A program made the position numbers and the translations under genes. From NCBI RefSeq assembly GCF_009914755.1, contig NC_060928.1: a DNA stretch of 64,000 nucleotides; one strand, written 5' to 3'. Below are positions 15,968-30,619 of this stretch, one piece after another. The DNA is from the human T2T-CHM13v2.0 reference genome, Homo sapiens. The notes under the pieces were generated by a model. The model was not told the origin of the DNA and searched no databases. It saw only the letters and a program-made list of their open reading frames with translations. Numbering within the stretch: position 1 is the first letter of the stretch; every line of letters starts with the position of its first letter.

Positions 15968-16267
15968 ATTTATTTATTTATTTCTGAGACAGGGTCTTAC
16001 TCTGTCATCCAGGTTGAAGTGCAGTGGTGCAATCATAGCTCACTGCAGCCTTGATCTCCTGTGCTCAAGCCATCCTCCTGCCTCATCCTCCTGAGTAGGA
16101 GGGACTACAGGCATGTGCCACAACACCTGACTGATTTTTTGACATTATTTTAGAGACGAGGTCTTTCTATGTGTCCAGGCTGGTCTTGAATGACCGAGCT
16201 TAGGTGATCTTCCTATCTCAGCCTCCCAAGTAGCTGGGACTACAGGCATGAGTCACTGCTCCTGGCT
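15968..16267 (-). mobile_element. AluJ (Jr/Jo-like)
   Basis: Reverse Alu with (TTTA)n tail and J diagnostics. Confidence 0.93.
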
Positions 16268-16298
16268 GATATTATATTTAATTAAAAATATTTGTGCA

Positions 16299-16600
16299 GG
16301 CCAGGCACAGTGGCTCACACCTGTAATCCCAGCACTTTGGGAGGCTGAGGTGGGCAGATCGCCTGAGATCAGGAGTTTGAGACCAGCCTGACCAATATGG
16401 CAAAACCCTGTCTCTACTACTAAAAAAAAAAAAAAAAAAAAAAAATTAACCAGGTGTGTTGGCACATACCTGTAATCTCAGCTACTCAGGAGGCTGAGGC
16501 ATAAGAATTGCTTGAACCTGGGACGTAGAGCTTGCAGTGAGCCAAGATTGCACCACAGCACTCCAGTCTGGGCAGTAGAGTGAGATTATCTCAAAAAAAA
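16299..16600 (+). mobile_element. AluS with expanded central poly(A)
   Basis: GGCCAGGCACAGTGGCTCAC start; about 24 A in the linker; A tail. Confidence 0.95.
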
Positions 16601-16689
16601 ATTGATCATATGCTATAGATGATTAAAATAATCAATTAAGGTCCAGGCATTTCCAAGCCTAGAGAGCAGCAACACCTTGTGGTGAATAT

Positions 16690-17202
16690 GTAAGGATGCT
16701 TTCAGCTGCAAGTATCAGAATTCACAACTAAAAGTTGTCCACTAAGTAGACATTTCTGAGATTGGGTGAGTCCATAGTGTAACACTGTCATCAGAAACTC
16801 AGATGCTTTCTGCTCTTTGCTCTTCTACCTTCAGGTTTTCATCAGTGTTTCCTCTCATGGTCATAGATAGCTGCAGGATTCAGGTGTCACGTGCACAATA
16901 TCTCCCCCCCCAAAAATGTAGGGGTGTGTCACATCCTAGAAACCCTTTTTAAATAGTGAGAAAAATATTTCCTAAAATGGCCATCCATACTGCTGCACCG
17001 AAGAAGATGTCAGATCCCTTTGGCCTGGGTTTGATAATATATAACCATGGCTAAATTCAATCCCTCAGAAGAAGAGTAGAATTATGATTGACTCAGCCAC
17101 CAGTGATTCATAGTACAGAGCAGGTTGAACCTCAGAGCAAAACTAGGGCTCTGTCAGTAAGGGAGAATTGGGAAGCAAGTGGCAAGAAATGGTGTCTGTC
17201 TC
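16690..17202 (-). mobile_element. Old MaLR LTR (MLT1L/K-like)
   Basis: AGGATGCTTTCAGCTGCAAGTATCAGAA terminus motif; rest highly diverged. Confidence 0.5.
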
Positions 17203-17697
17203 AGTGAATTAGCCAGACTAGGGAAACTTTACATTTCTTTTTTTCCAGTCCATTTGAAGTTGACTTCATATTTTAGCTTTCAGAAGGCACTCTATTTCTC
17301 CTTTTCTTGGGCCTGATCTCCTCTGTTGCTCATTCTTAGACTGATTCCATATGTCTTGGTTTTATTATCATGTTTAAAAACTCTAAGGAAGTTTACACGA
17401 TAACATATTACCACCTCCTATTTGCAACGTGCATTATAGTATAAACAAGACTGCCACATATAGAAACAAGGCTTCTACAAACAGTTCACTGTTACTCAAA
17501 ATAGTGTTGAGAAAAGACCAAGGCTCAGGCAAGTCAAGTGTCTCGTCCAGAGTCAAACAGCTTTGAGGTTATTGCATTTGCTCTATGGCTCATATCTCAG
17601 TCTTTTCACCCAATATTCTTTCCATTATCCCCTCCTAGTGCTCAGAACTCTATACATATTTGTTAGATAAATGGATTAACATTTAAAAACTGGGGAA

Positions 17698-18036
<339 letters not shown>

Positions 18037-18838
18037 TTATCATTTCTGTAATCTTTTTTCAGGAGAGGTTGAGAAAATATAAAGTACTATGACCAGTTGG
18101 CCACTGGAGGTCACTATTATTTCACAAAAGGAGAACTTGTCACTCTTTCAAAAAAAAAAAAGCCTAATCCTATTTTAAAAATCCAAGAGAAATGGTAGTA
18201 ATAGTTGTTATATAACATTTACTGATTTCCCAAGGCTTTAGGAATTACAACTATAGAAAGCTCATCCTTAGTGTATTAACATTTACCAAACATTCTGCTG
18301 AACTGACATAGTCAAATTTTTCTGTGACATTTCTGCTCATTTATCATTACCATTTCATTTTTACAATGTACAGATAGTGGAAGTGTTAATAGATAAGGTT
18401 CTTTCCTCAAAGTTATCCCTACCCCGCCCCCACCACCCCAACCCACATTGTTATATTCCAAGGAAGAACTATCAGTATTTCCTGTGAGTATAATTTGTGA
18501 GACATTTAGAACTCAAAACCTCTTTTTACCTGAACCATCCTTCCAATTTATTCACAGATAATCTGAAATTTTGCCATTAGTTCTTCATTCCTTTTTGTTA
18601 AGTTTATGTTACCATCTTGAGGGTGCTTTGAAATGGCAGTTCCCAACTTGGTGTTCTTTAAAATATGTATGGTGTGAATCGTTTCATAAAAGAAAGTGTT
18701 TCTCAGCCAAGCCAATCTGGAAAATGCTGTAAACTACAGCCCCTATTTGGAGCTAGAAAACCACATTATCACTTTAAATGAAGAGAAGTTCAACAGCTGG
18801 TATTATTTTGGTTAACAAGCTGTTTCCAAATTTTTGAC

Positions 18839-19195
18839 CAGAGGTCAGTAAACTTTCTCTGTAAAGAACTGGGTAAGAAAATGTTTTAGGCTCTGTGGGT
18901 CATCTAGGGTCTCTGTTGGAACTAATCTAATTCGCCATTGTAGCTTGAAAGTGGCTTTGGACAACATGTAATCAGTGAATGTGGCTGTGTTCCAACAAAA
19001 CTTAGTTTGTAGACACTGAAATTTGACATTAATATAATTTTCACATCATGAAATATTATTCTCCTTTTGCTTTTCCCCAAACAATTTAAAATCTAAAAAC
19101 TCTCAGCCATATGAGTTTTGTACATAGCTCACAATCTCTACCAAAACAAGCAGCAGACAAGATTTGGGCTGTGGGCTAGAGTTTGCTGACCCCTA
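18839..19195 (+). mobile_element. MER58B-like hAT-Charlie MITE
   Basis: TIRs CAGAGGTCAGTAAACT and AGTTTGCTGACCCCT; internal TGTGGCTGTGTTCCAACAAAACTT. Confidence 0.85.
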
Positions 19196-19196
19196 A

Positions 19197-19529
<333 letters not shown>

Positions 19530-19687
19530 TGTCTTTCTTCTTTCTAATTTGTTCAAGTAATATTTCAGCCATTGTCAAATGCCAGTCCTTACTGGTGTGT
19601 TTTTTTTTCAAACTCCCTACTTTTGTCTGTTACAATTCGCAACAATTGTGATAATTTTGCAAGAATCCTTGATTCCCAAAGGTTCTA

Positions 19688-19862
19688 CAGCTGTGATTCT
19701 AGAAGCTCTGCCCCAGGTCATCAGCAGTGGGGTCACCTGGCACCTGGTAAGAAATGCAAATTGTCAGGCCCCACCCCAGAACTACTGAGCTGGTTCAGCA
19801 ATCTGTGTTTTCACAAGTCCTCCAGGGTATTCTGATGCATGCTAAAACTTGAAAAATCACTA
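19688..19862. mobile_element. MER5A-like hAT-Charlie MITE
   Basis: GAAATGCAAATT...GGCCCCACCCCAGA...AATCTGTGTTTT...TTCTGATGCATGCTAAAACTTGAAAAATCACT. Confidence 0.85.
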
Positions 19863-20220
19863 TTACATAGCTCCAATCAAAATTTTAACATACCATAAGA
19901 TAAGGAAAGGAAAGAAAATGGAAGTTATCATAGATTATCTGGCTAAGGCAAATCAACTGTTACAAGAATAAGTATGGAAAGGAAGTCTGTAGGAAGGAAG
20001 TGACTGAAGGAATTAGAAATCTGCATTACTGGGGAAATGCTGGTTGGCAGGCTGATAAATCTTATCCCAAGCATCATTATTGTATATTTGTATAAATCTA
20101 AATGTATGTAACTTTGTATAAAGTGTCTTTGCAAAGTATCATTGTGAAACTTTACAGATAATCTAAAAGTATGTCAACTCATAGAAAAACATAAAATAAC
20201 AAAATTAATTAATTTATCAA

Positions 20221-20636
20221 TGATATGGTTTGGATCTCTATCCTTGCCCAAATCTTATGTCAAATAGTAATCCCCAGTGTTGGAGGTGGGGCCTGGTGGA
20301 AGATGATTGGATCATGGGCGTGACTTCTAATGGTTTAGCACCGTCCCCTCTTTGGTACTATAGAGTGAGTGAGTTCTCACAAGAGCTGGTTGTTTAAAAG
20401 TGTGTGGCACCTCCCCCTCCCACTTCTTCCTGCTCTAGCTAAGTAAGACATATCTGTTGCCATTTCACCTTCTGCCGTGATTGAAAGTTTCTTGAAGCCT
20501 CCCCAGGAGCTGAGCAGATGCCAGCATCATGCTTCCTCTACAATCTGTGGAACTGTAAGCCAATTAAGCCTCTTTTCTTTATAAATTACCCAGTCTCAGG
20601 TATTTCTTTATATCAATGAGAGAGTGGCCTAATACA
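20221..20636 (+). mobile_element. MSTA 5' LTR
   Basis: TGATATGGTTTGGAT...ATAAATTACCCAGTCTCAGGTATTTC...CTAATACA; preceded by ATCAA. Confidence 0.92.
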
Positions 20637-22186
20637 GAAAATTAGTACTGAGGAGTAAGGCATTGCTATAAGGATACCTGAAAATATGGAAGCAACTTTG
20701 AAATTGAGTAATGAGCAGAGGTTGGAAGAGTTTGGAGGGCTCAGAAGATGATAGGAAGGTGAGGGAAAATTTGGGACACCCTAGAAACTGGTTAAATGGT
20801 TGTGACCAAAGCGCTGATAGTGATATAGACATTAAAGTCCTGGATAATGAGGTCTTAGATGAAGATGAGGAACTTATTGAGAACTCAAGTAAAGATCACT
20901 TTTGCTATGCTTTAGCAAAAACCCCTGTTTTGACTGTACCCCTGCCCTAGGGATCTGTGGAACTTTGAACTGGAGAGTGATGATTTAGGGTATATGGCAG
21001 AAAAAGTTTGTAAGCAGCAAAGTGTTCAAGATGTGGCTTGGCTTCTTCTAACAACCTATGCACATGTGTGTAAGCAAAGAAATGACCTAAAATTGGAACT
21101 TATATTTAAAGGGGAAGCAGATTGTGAAAGTTTAGGTAATCTGTAGCCTGGCTATGTGGTAGAAGAGAAAAGCCTATTATCTGGGGAGAAATTCAAGCAG
21201 GCTGCACAAATTTGTGTAACTAAAAGGATAGCAAGTGCTGATAGCCCAAGACAATGGGGAAAAGCCCTCCAGGGAATTTTACAAACTTTTGTCGCAACCC
21301 CTCCCACCACAGGCCCAGAGGCCTAGGAGGGAATAATGGTTTCATGGACCAGGCCCAGGGCCCCAGTGTCCTGCACAGCCTTAGGACACTGTTCCTTGCA
21401 TGCTAGCTGCTCCATCTCTAGCTGTGGCTCAAAGGGGCCCAGGTACACCTCAGGCTGCTACTCCAAAGGGTGTAAGCCATTAGCCTTGGCAGCTTCCATG
21501 TGGTGTTAAGCCTGTGGGTACACAGAGTACAATTGCTGAGGCTTGGGAGCCTCTGCCTGTATTTCAGAGGATGTATGGAAAAGCATAGATGTCCAGGCAG
21601 AAGCCTGCTTCAGGGGCACAGTCCTTATGGAGAACCTCTACTAGGGTAATGTGGAGGGGAAATGTGGGATTGGAGCCCCAACACAGAGTCCGCAATGGGG
21701 CATTGCCTAGTGGAGCTTTATGAAGAGGGCCACTGTCCTCCAGGCCCCAGAATGGTAGAGCCCTTGACAGTTTGCACCACATGCCTGGAAAAACCTCTAG
21801 CACTCAACGCCAGCCCATGAGAACAGCCATGGAGGCTATACACTGTAAAGCCACAGGGGCAGAACTGCCTAAGGCCTTGGGAGCCCACTCCCTGCATCAG
21901 TGTGGCCTAGATGTGAGATATGGAGTCAAAGGAGATTATTTTGGATCTTTAAGATTTAATGACTGCCCTGCTGGGTTTTGGACTTGCATGAGGCCCGTAA
22001 CCACTTGCATTTGGCTGATTTCTCCCTTTTGGAATGGGATTATTTACCCAATGCCTACGCCTCATTGCATCTTGGAAGTAACTATGTCGTTTTTGATTTT
22101 GCAGGTTCATAGGCAGAAGAGGCTAGCCTTATCTCAGATGAGACTTTGGACTTTTGAGTTCATGCTGGAATGAATTAAGCATTTGT
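20637..22186 (+). mobile_element. MSTA internal region, 5' part
   Basis: MaLR-internal sequence directly follows the LTR (GGAAGCAACTTTGAAATTG...GGAAGAGTTTGGAGGGCTCAGAAG); resumes after the L1. Confidence 0.9.
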
Positions 22187-23527
22187 GGGGGACCTCTGGC
22201 AAGATGGCTGAATAGGAACAGCTCCTGTCTGCAGCTCCCAGCAAGACCAATGCAGAATGTGGGTGATTTCTGCATTTCCAACTGAGGTACAAGGCTCATC
22301 CCATTGGGACTGGTTAGAGAGTGGGTGCAGCCTATGGAGGACAAGCAGAAGCAGGGTGGGGTGTTGCCTCACCCAGAACCACAAGGGGTCAAGGAACTCC
22401 ATTTCCTAGCCAAGGAAAAGCATGAGGGACTGTGCCATGAGGAACAGTGCTATCCAGCCCAGATACTGTGTTTATCCCATGGTCTTTGCAACCCACAAAC
22501 CAGGAGATTCTCTCAAGTGCCTATGCCACCAGGGCCCTGGGTTTCAAGCACAAAACTGGGTGGCCATTTGGGCAGACACTGAGCTAGCTGCAAGAGTGTT
22601 TTTCGTACCCTAGTGGCATCTGGAATGCCAGCAGACAGAATTGTTCACTCCCCTGGAAGGGGGCTGAAGCCAGGGAGCCAACGGGTCTAACTCAGCAGAG
22701 CCCACCACCACGGAGCCCAGCAAGCTAAGATCCACTGGCTTGAAATTCTCATTGCCAGCACAGCAGTCTGAAGTTGACCTGGGATGCTCGGGCTTGGTTG
22801 GGGCAGAGGTACCCACCATTACTAAGGCTTGAGTAGGCGGTTTTCCCCTCACAGTGTAAACAAAGCCACCGGGAAGTTTGAACTGGGCAGAGCCCACCAC
22901 AGTTCACCAAAGCCACTGTAGCCAGAGTGCTTCTCTAGATTCTTCCTCTCTGGGCAGGGCATCTCTGAAAGAAAGGCAGCACCTCCAGTCAAGGGCTTAT
23001 AGATAAATCTCCCATCTCCCTGGGACAGAGCACCTGAGGGAAGCAGTGGCTGTGGGCACAGCTTCAGCAGACTTAAACTTTCCCACCTGCCTGCACTGAA
23101 AAGAGCAGTGGATCTCTCAGCACAGCACTCAAGCTCTGCTAAGGGACAGACTGCCTCCTTAACTGGGTCTCTGGGCCCTGTGCCTCCTGACTGGGAGATA
23201 CCTACCAGCAGGGGTTGACAGACACTTCATACAGGAAAGCTCCAGCTGGCATCTGGCAGGTGCCACCCTCGGATGAAGCTTCCAGAGGAAGGAGCAGGCA
23301 GCAATCTTTGCTGTTCTGCAGCCACTGCTGCTGATACCCAGGCAAGCATGGTCTAGAGTGGACCTCCAGCAAACTCCAGCAGACCTGTAGAATAGGGGTC
23401 TGACTGTTAGAAGGAAAACTAACAAAGAGAAAACAATAGCATCAACATCAACAAAAAGGACATCCACACAAAAACCCCATCCAAAGGTCACCAACATCAA
23501 AGACCAAAGGTAGGTAAATCCACAAAG

Positions 23528-24544
23528 ATGAGGAAAAACCAGTGCAAAAATGCTGAAAATTCCAAAAACCAGAATGCTTCTCCTCCAAAGGATCACAACT
23601 CCTCGACAGCAAGGGAACAAAACTGGATGGAGAATGAGTTTGACGAATTGACAGCAGTAGGCTTCAGAAGGTGGGTAATAAGAAAGTCTTTCAAGCTAAA
23701 AGAACATCTTCTAATCCAATGCAAGGAAGCTAAGAACCTTGATAAAACATTACAGGAACTGATAACTAGAATAACCAGTTTAGAGAAGAACATAAATGGC
23801 CTGTGGAGCTGAAAAACACAGCATGAGAACTTCGTGAAGCATACACAAGTATCAATAGCCGAATTGATCAAGCAGAAGAAAGGATATCAGAGATTAAAGA
23901 TCAATTTAATGAAAAAAAAACATGAAGACAAGATTAGAGAAAAAAGAATGAAAAGGAACAAACAAAGCCTCCAAGAAATATGGGACTATGTGAAAAGACC
24001 AAACCTACGTTTGACTGGTATATGGAAAGTGACAGTCAGAATAGAACCAAATTAGAAAACACTCATCAGGATATTATCCAGGAGAACTTCCCCAAATTAG
24101 CAAGGCAGGCCAACATTCAAATTCAGTAAATACAGAGAAGACTACAAAGATACTCATCGAGCAAAGCAACCCCAAGACACATAATCAACCACTTCACCAA
24201 GGTTGAAATGAAGGAAAAAATGTTATAGGCATCCAGAGAGAAAGGCTGGGTTACCCACAAAAGGAAGCCCATCAGACTAGCAGCAGATCTCTGAGCCAGA
24301 AACCCTAAAAGCCAGAAGAGAGTGGGGGCCAATATTAAACATTCTTTAAGAAAAGAATTTTAAACCCAGAATTTCATGTCCAACCAAATTAAGCTTCATA
24401 AGTGAAGGAGAAATAAAATCCTTTACAGACAAGCAAATGATGAGACATTTTGTCACCACCAGGCTTGCCTTATGAGAGCTCCTGAAGGAAGCACTAAATA
24501 TGAAAAACTGGCAGCAGCCACTGCAAAAATATACCAAAATGTAA
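23528..24544 (+). pseudogene. L1 ORF1p remnant (disrupted)
   Basis: MRKNQCKNAENSKNQNAS...EQNWMENEFDEL and SLQEIWDYVKRPNLRL lie in different frames. Confidence 0.9.
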
Positions 24545-24606
24545 AGACCATTGACACTATAAGAAACTGCATCAACTAATAGGTAAAATAACCAGCTAAC
24601 ATCATA

Positions 24607-27600
24607 ATGACAGAATCAAATTCACACATAACAATATTAACCTTAATGTAAATGGGCTAAATGCCCCAATTAAAAGACACAGACGGGCAAATTGGATAAA
24701 GAGTCAAAACTCACCAGCGTGCTGTATTCAGGAGACCCGTCTCACATGCAAAGACAGACATAGCCTAAAACTAAAAAGATGGAGTAATAGTTACCAAGCA
24801 AACGGAAAGCAAAAAACAGCAGGGGTTGCAATCCTAGTCTCCAATAAAACAGACCTTAAACCAACAAAGATCAAAAAAGACAAAGAAAGGCATTACGTAA
24901 TGGTAAAGGGATCAATGCAACAAGAAGAGCTAACTACCCTAAATATATATGCACCCAGTACAGGAGCACCCAGATTCATAAAGCAAATTCTTAGAGACCT
25001 ACAAAGAGACTTGCACTCCCACGCAATAATAGTGGGAGACTTTAACACCCCACTGTCAATATTAGGCAGATTAATGAGATAGAAAATTCACAAGGATATT
25101 CAGGACTTGAACTCAGCTCTGGACCAAGCAGACCTAATAGACATCTACAGAATTCTCCAACCAAAATCAACAGAATATACATTTTTCTTAGCACCACATC
25201 ACACTTATTCTAAAATTGACCACATAATTGGAACTAAAATGCTCCTCAGCAAATGTAAAAGAACAGAAGTCATAACAAACAGTCTCTCAGACCACAGGGC
25301 AATCAAATTAAAACTCAGGAATAAGAAATTCACTGAAAACCACACAACTACATGGAAACTGAACAACCTGCTTCTGAATGACTACTGGGTAAATAACAGA
25401 ATTAAGGCAGAAATAAATAAGTTCTTGGAAGCCAATGAGAACAAAGGTACAATGTACCAGAATCTCGGGGACACAACTAAAGCAATGTTTACAGGGAAAT
25501 TTATAGCACTAAATGCCCACAGGAGAAAGCAGGAAAGATCTAAAATTGACACCCTAACATCACAATTAAAAGAACTAGAGAAGCAAGAGCAAAGAAATGC
25601 AAAAGCTAGCAGAAGACAAGAAATAACAAAGATCACAGAAGAACTGAAGGAGACAGAGACATGAAAAACCCTTCAAAAAAATCAATGAATCCAGGAGCTA
25701 GTTTTTTGAAAAGATTAACAAAATAGATAGACTACTAGCCAAACTAATAAAGAAGAAAATAGAGAAGAATTAAATAGACACAATAAAAAATGATAAAGGA
25801 GATATCACCACTGATCCCACAGAAATACAAACTACCATCAGAGAATACTATAAACACCTCTATGCAAATAAACTAGGAAATCTAGAAGAAATGGATAAAT
25901 TCCTGGCCACATACACCCTCTCAAGACTAAACCAGGGAGAAGTTGAATCCCTGAATAGACCAATAACAAATTCTGAAATTGAAGCAGTAATTAATAGCCT
26001 ACCAACCAAAAAAATCCCAGGACCAGATGGATTCACAGCCGAATTCTACCAGAGGTACAAAGAGGAGCTAGTATCATTCTTTTGGAAACTATTCCAAACA
26101 ATGGGAAAAGAGGGACTCCTCCCTAACTCATTTTATGTTCATCCTGATACCAAAACCTGGCAGAGACACAACAGAAAAAGAAAATTTCAGGCTAATATCC
26201 CTGATGAACATTGATGCAAAAATCCTCAGTAAAATACTGGCAAACCAAATCCAGCAGCAAATCAAAAAGCTTATCCACTCATGATCAAGTCAGCTTCATC
26301 CTTGGGATGCAAGACTGGTTCAACATATGCAAATGAATAAACATAATCCATCATATAAACAGATCCAATGACAAAGACCACATGATTATCTCAATAGATA
26401 CAGAAAAGACCTTCGATAAAATTCAACACCTTTTCATGCTAAAAACACTCAATAAACTAGGTATTGATGGAAAATATCTCAAAATAAGGAAAGCTATTTA
26501 TGACAAACCCACAGCCAATATAATACTGAATGGGCAAAAGCTGGATGCATTCCCTTTGAAAACTGGCACAAGACAAGGATACCCTCTCTCACCACTCCTA
26601 TTAAACATAGTATTGGAAGTTCTGACCAGGGAAATCAGGCAAGAGAAAGAAACAAAGGGTATTCAAATAGGAAGAGAGGAAGTCAAATTGTCTCTGTTTG
26701 CAGATGACATGATTGTACATTTAGAAAACCCCAGCATCTCAGCCCCAAATCTCCTTAAGCTGATAAGGAACTTCAGCAAAGTCTCAGGATACAAAATCAA
26801 TATGCAAAAATCAAAAGCATTCATATAGAGCAATAATAGACAAGCAGAGAGCCAAATAATGAGTGAACGTCCATTCACAGTTGCTACAAAGAGAATAAAA
26901 TACCTAGGAAATACAACTTACAAGGGATGTGAAAGACCTCTTCAAGGAAAACTACAAACCACTGCTCAAGGAAATAAGAGAGGACACAAACAAGTGGAAA
27001 AACAGTCCATGCTCATGGATTGGAAGAATCAATATCATGAACATGGCCATACTGCCCAGAGTAATTTATAGACTCAATGGTATTCCTATCAAGCTACCAT
27101 TGACTTTCTTCACAGAATTAGAAAAATCTACTTTAAATTTCATATGGAACCAAAAGGAGCCCATATAGCCAAGACAATTTTAAACAAAGAAGAAAGCGAG
27201 AAGCATCATACTACCTGACTTCAAACTGTACTACAAGGCTACAGTAACCACCATAGCATGGTACTGGTACCAAAACAGATATATAGACCAATGGAAGAGA
27301 ACAACAGCCTCAGAAATAACACCACACACTTACAACCATTTGGTCTTTGACAAACCTGACAAAAAGAAACAATGGGGAAAAAATTCCCTATTTAGTAAAT
27401 GGTGTTGGGAAAACTGGCTAGCCATATGCAGAAAACTAAAACTGAACTCCTTCTTTACACCTTATAAAAAAATTAACTCAAGATGGATTAAAAACTTCAA
27501 TGTAAGACTTAAAACCATAAAACCTCTAGAAGAAAACCTAGGAAATACCATTCAGGACATAGGCATGGGCAAAGACTTCATGATTAAAATGCCAAAAGCA

Positions 27601-28430
27601 ATGGCAACAAAAGCCAAAATTGACAAATGGGATCTAATTAGACTAAAGAGCTTCTGCACAGTAAAAGAAATCATCATCAGAGTGAAAAGGCAACCTACAG
27701 AATGGGAGAAAATTATTGCAATCTACCCATCTGACAAAGGGCTAATATCCAGAATCTATGAGGAACTTAAAAAAATTTACAAGAAAACAAACAAACAACC
27801 CCATCAAAAAGCGGGCAAAGGACATGAACAGGCACTTCTCAAAAGAAGACATTTATGTGGCCAGCAAGCATATGAAAAAAAGCTTATCATCACTGGTCAT
27901 TAGAGAAATGCAAATCAAAACCACAATGAGATACCATCTCACACGAGTTAGAATGACGATCATTAAAAAGTCAGAAAACAACATATGTTGGAGAGGATTT
28001 GGAGAAATAGGAACGCTTTTACACCATTGGTGGGATTGTAAATTAGTCAACCATTGTGGAAGACAATGTGGTGATTCCTCAAGTATCTAGAACCATAAAT
28101 ACCATTTGACCCAGCAATCCCATTACTGGGTATATACCCAAAGGATTATAAATCATGCTACTATAAAGACATATGCACAGGTTTGTTTATTGCAGCACTA
28201 TTCACAATAGCAAAGACTCGGAACCAACCCAAATGCCCATCAGTAATAGACTGGATAAAGAAAATGTGGCACATATACACCATGGGATACTATGTAGGCA
28301 TAAAACTGGATGAGTTCACATCCTTTGCAGGTACATGGATGAGGCTGGAAATCATCATTCTCAGTAAACTAACACAGGAACAGAAAACCAAACACCGCAT
28401 GTTCTCACTCATAAATGGGAGTCGAACAAG
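24607..28430 (+). pseudogene. L1 ORF2p (EN/RT) remnant (disrupted)
   Basis: [39 protein letters not shown] spread over several broken ORFs. Confidence 0.92.
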
Positions 28431-28642
28431 GAGAACACATGGACACAGGGAGGGGAACATCACACACCAGCGCCTGTCAGGGGGTGGGGAGTTAGGGGAG
28501 GGATAGCATTAGGAGAAATACCTAATGTAGATGATGGGTTGATGGGTGCAGCCAACCACCAGGGCACATGTATACCTATGTAACAAACATGAACGTTCTG
28601 CACATGTATCCCAGAACTTAAAGTATAATAATAATTTTTAAA

Positions 28643-28726
28643 AAGCCTTTGGGGGACTATTGAGAAGGCATGATTGTATTTTGCAATGTGAGAAGGACAT
28701 GAAATTTGGAGGGGCCAGGGACAGAA
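28643..28726 (+). mobile_element. MSTA internal region, 3' end with polypurine tract
   Basis: TTTGGGGGACTATTGAGAAGGCATGATTG...GGAGGGGCCAGGGACAGAA. Confidence 0.85.
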
Positions 28727-29138
28727 TTATATAGTTTGAATCTGTGTCTCTACCCATATCTTACGTTGAATTGTAATTCCTCATGTTGGAAGTGGGGCCT
28801 GGTGGGAGGTGGTTAGATCATGGGGGTGATTTCCAATTGTTTAGCCCCATCCCCTCTTGGTACTGTATAGCGTGTGAGTTCTCATGAGATCTGGCTGTTT
28901 AAAAGTGTGTAGCACCGCCCCCTTTTTTCTTCTTCCTGCTCTGGGCATGTAGGACGTGTCTACTTCCCCTTTACCTTCTGCCATGATTGTAAGTTTCCTG
29001 AGGCCTCCCCAGGAGCTAAGCAGATGCCAGCATCATATTTCCTGAACAGCCTGAGGAACCATGAGCCAATTAAGCCTCTTTTATTTATAAATTGCCCAGT
29101 CTCAGGTATTTCTTTATAGCAGAGAACTGACAAATACA
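28727..29138 (+). mobile_element. MSTA 3' LTR
   Basis: Diverged direct copy of 20221-20636, ends AATACA, followed by ATCAA (TSD). Confidence 0.92.
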
Positions 29139-30619
29139 ATCAATACATAACTATTTCTTAAGTAATTTTTAATAATTATAGTTTGGCAGAGAATCAGAGT
29201 AATTCTTTAGGAAGGAGAAACAAAATACTCACATGTTGAGAAACAGGAAAAGGTCCAAGAATCACAATAAAAAGTTAATTTTTAACTTTAAGGAAGTATG
29301 CCTGACATGGGCTTCATCTTCATTTGGCTGATCTCTTCAGGCTTGAGTTCACTTCAAGTTATTTTATTAAATTTAACTTTCTAATTGTTTATTATTCTAC
29401 TCATTTTCACCTTTTAGGTCTAGCCCTTGTTTTGTTGTAATATTTGCCATTCTTTTTTTTTTACATTTATGAGGTTAATTATAGTTCTGCTACTTTTACA
29501 AGAACAATTTAGCCTATCAGAGTCATGAGTCATTTAACACATTTTTTTCTAATCTCTTTGATCTCAGAGGTCCTCACCTCCTAAAATTCCATGACTCTAC
29601 AATTTCTAATTTGTGCTGTAGTCTAGAAATCCCAAGAAGAAAAATATAGGAAATGGATGAATTTATTCGGAAAAGCATTTTAGAAATAAAAATCCCAACA
29701 TTAATATTTATCTTGCTCTAAACTAAACATGAGTCTAGATTTAGGGATGGCTCACTGCTCGTATAATTAAGATAATGTTACAGAACTATGGAATCATGAG
29801 TCTGCAAATGAAAAGAAATGGAGATACTGAATCAAATTTAGACTTAATGAGCCTTTTCAGACTTCATCTTGTTAACACATTCCATTATTATAAATATTTG
29901 TAATGGTTATAAGTCAGATGATATACAACATATTGATGAATGCTCTTTGGACCAAGTAGCTTGTAATTTCTCAGTTATTTTGAGGAACTTTATCATATAG
30001 ATGACACGTACTCTATGTCTTGGGGCACCTGTAGATGATTTTTTATTGGAACATGAATCACCACATAATGTTTGAATGGCTGAAGGTTGCCTCTAGATTA
30101 TCAGAGCTGTCAAAATCCATTTTTTACACAACAGATTAAAAGCAATAAAAAGTAACTCTTTTAATTTGCCATTGTTATTTCTATTATTGTGATATAGTTC
30201 GTATTCTGCTTAGAAAATGAAATCTATTAGAATTTTTTTCTGTCTCTGCAAAGGAGAGTCTATCATTAAAGCAGTCAAAATTATCTAGTTATTTTTTCTG
30301 AGATAGGGTCATAACTTTCATTTCGACCTCTGAAATTATACATCCATTATAGTGGAAGTCTACCGTTCAGAGATATTAAAACGGCCAATAAACAATCTCA
30401 TTTTGGAAATGACCACAGAAATGACCACAGAAAGCAAATGGTAAATCACCTCATATGTCAACTAGCTTCAGTGTGTTCCAGAGAATAATTGAACATTCAC
30501 TCTTGCAAGAATGTGATTGTTATAAGTGTGGTGTCAAAAGGACAGCAGTGTCTCCACTGTGACTACTTCCACCTGGTTGCATAAGTTTGTGTCCAAGTTG
30601 TTCCAAGGCTGATTTTTAG

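Larger units (their letters stand above)
22187..28642 (+). mobile_element. Full-length (~6.45 kb) degenerate LINE-1, L1PA7-like
   Basis: 5'UTR GGCAAGATGGCTGAATAGGAACAGCTCC, ORF1 and ORF2 remnants, 3'UTR ending AGAACTTAAAGTATAAT; degenerate TSD AAGCATTTG/AAGCCTTTG. Confidence 0.95.

Noticed and set aside
20711-22173. ORFs in the MSTA internal region as a gene
   Set aside because: Short fragments of the decayed MaLR internal sequence; no intact long ORF.
30407-30433. 13-bp tandem duplication GAAATGACCACA
   Set aside because: An ordinary two-copy micro-duplication with no further structure.
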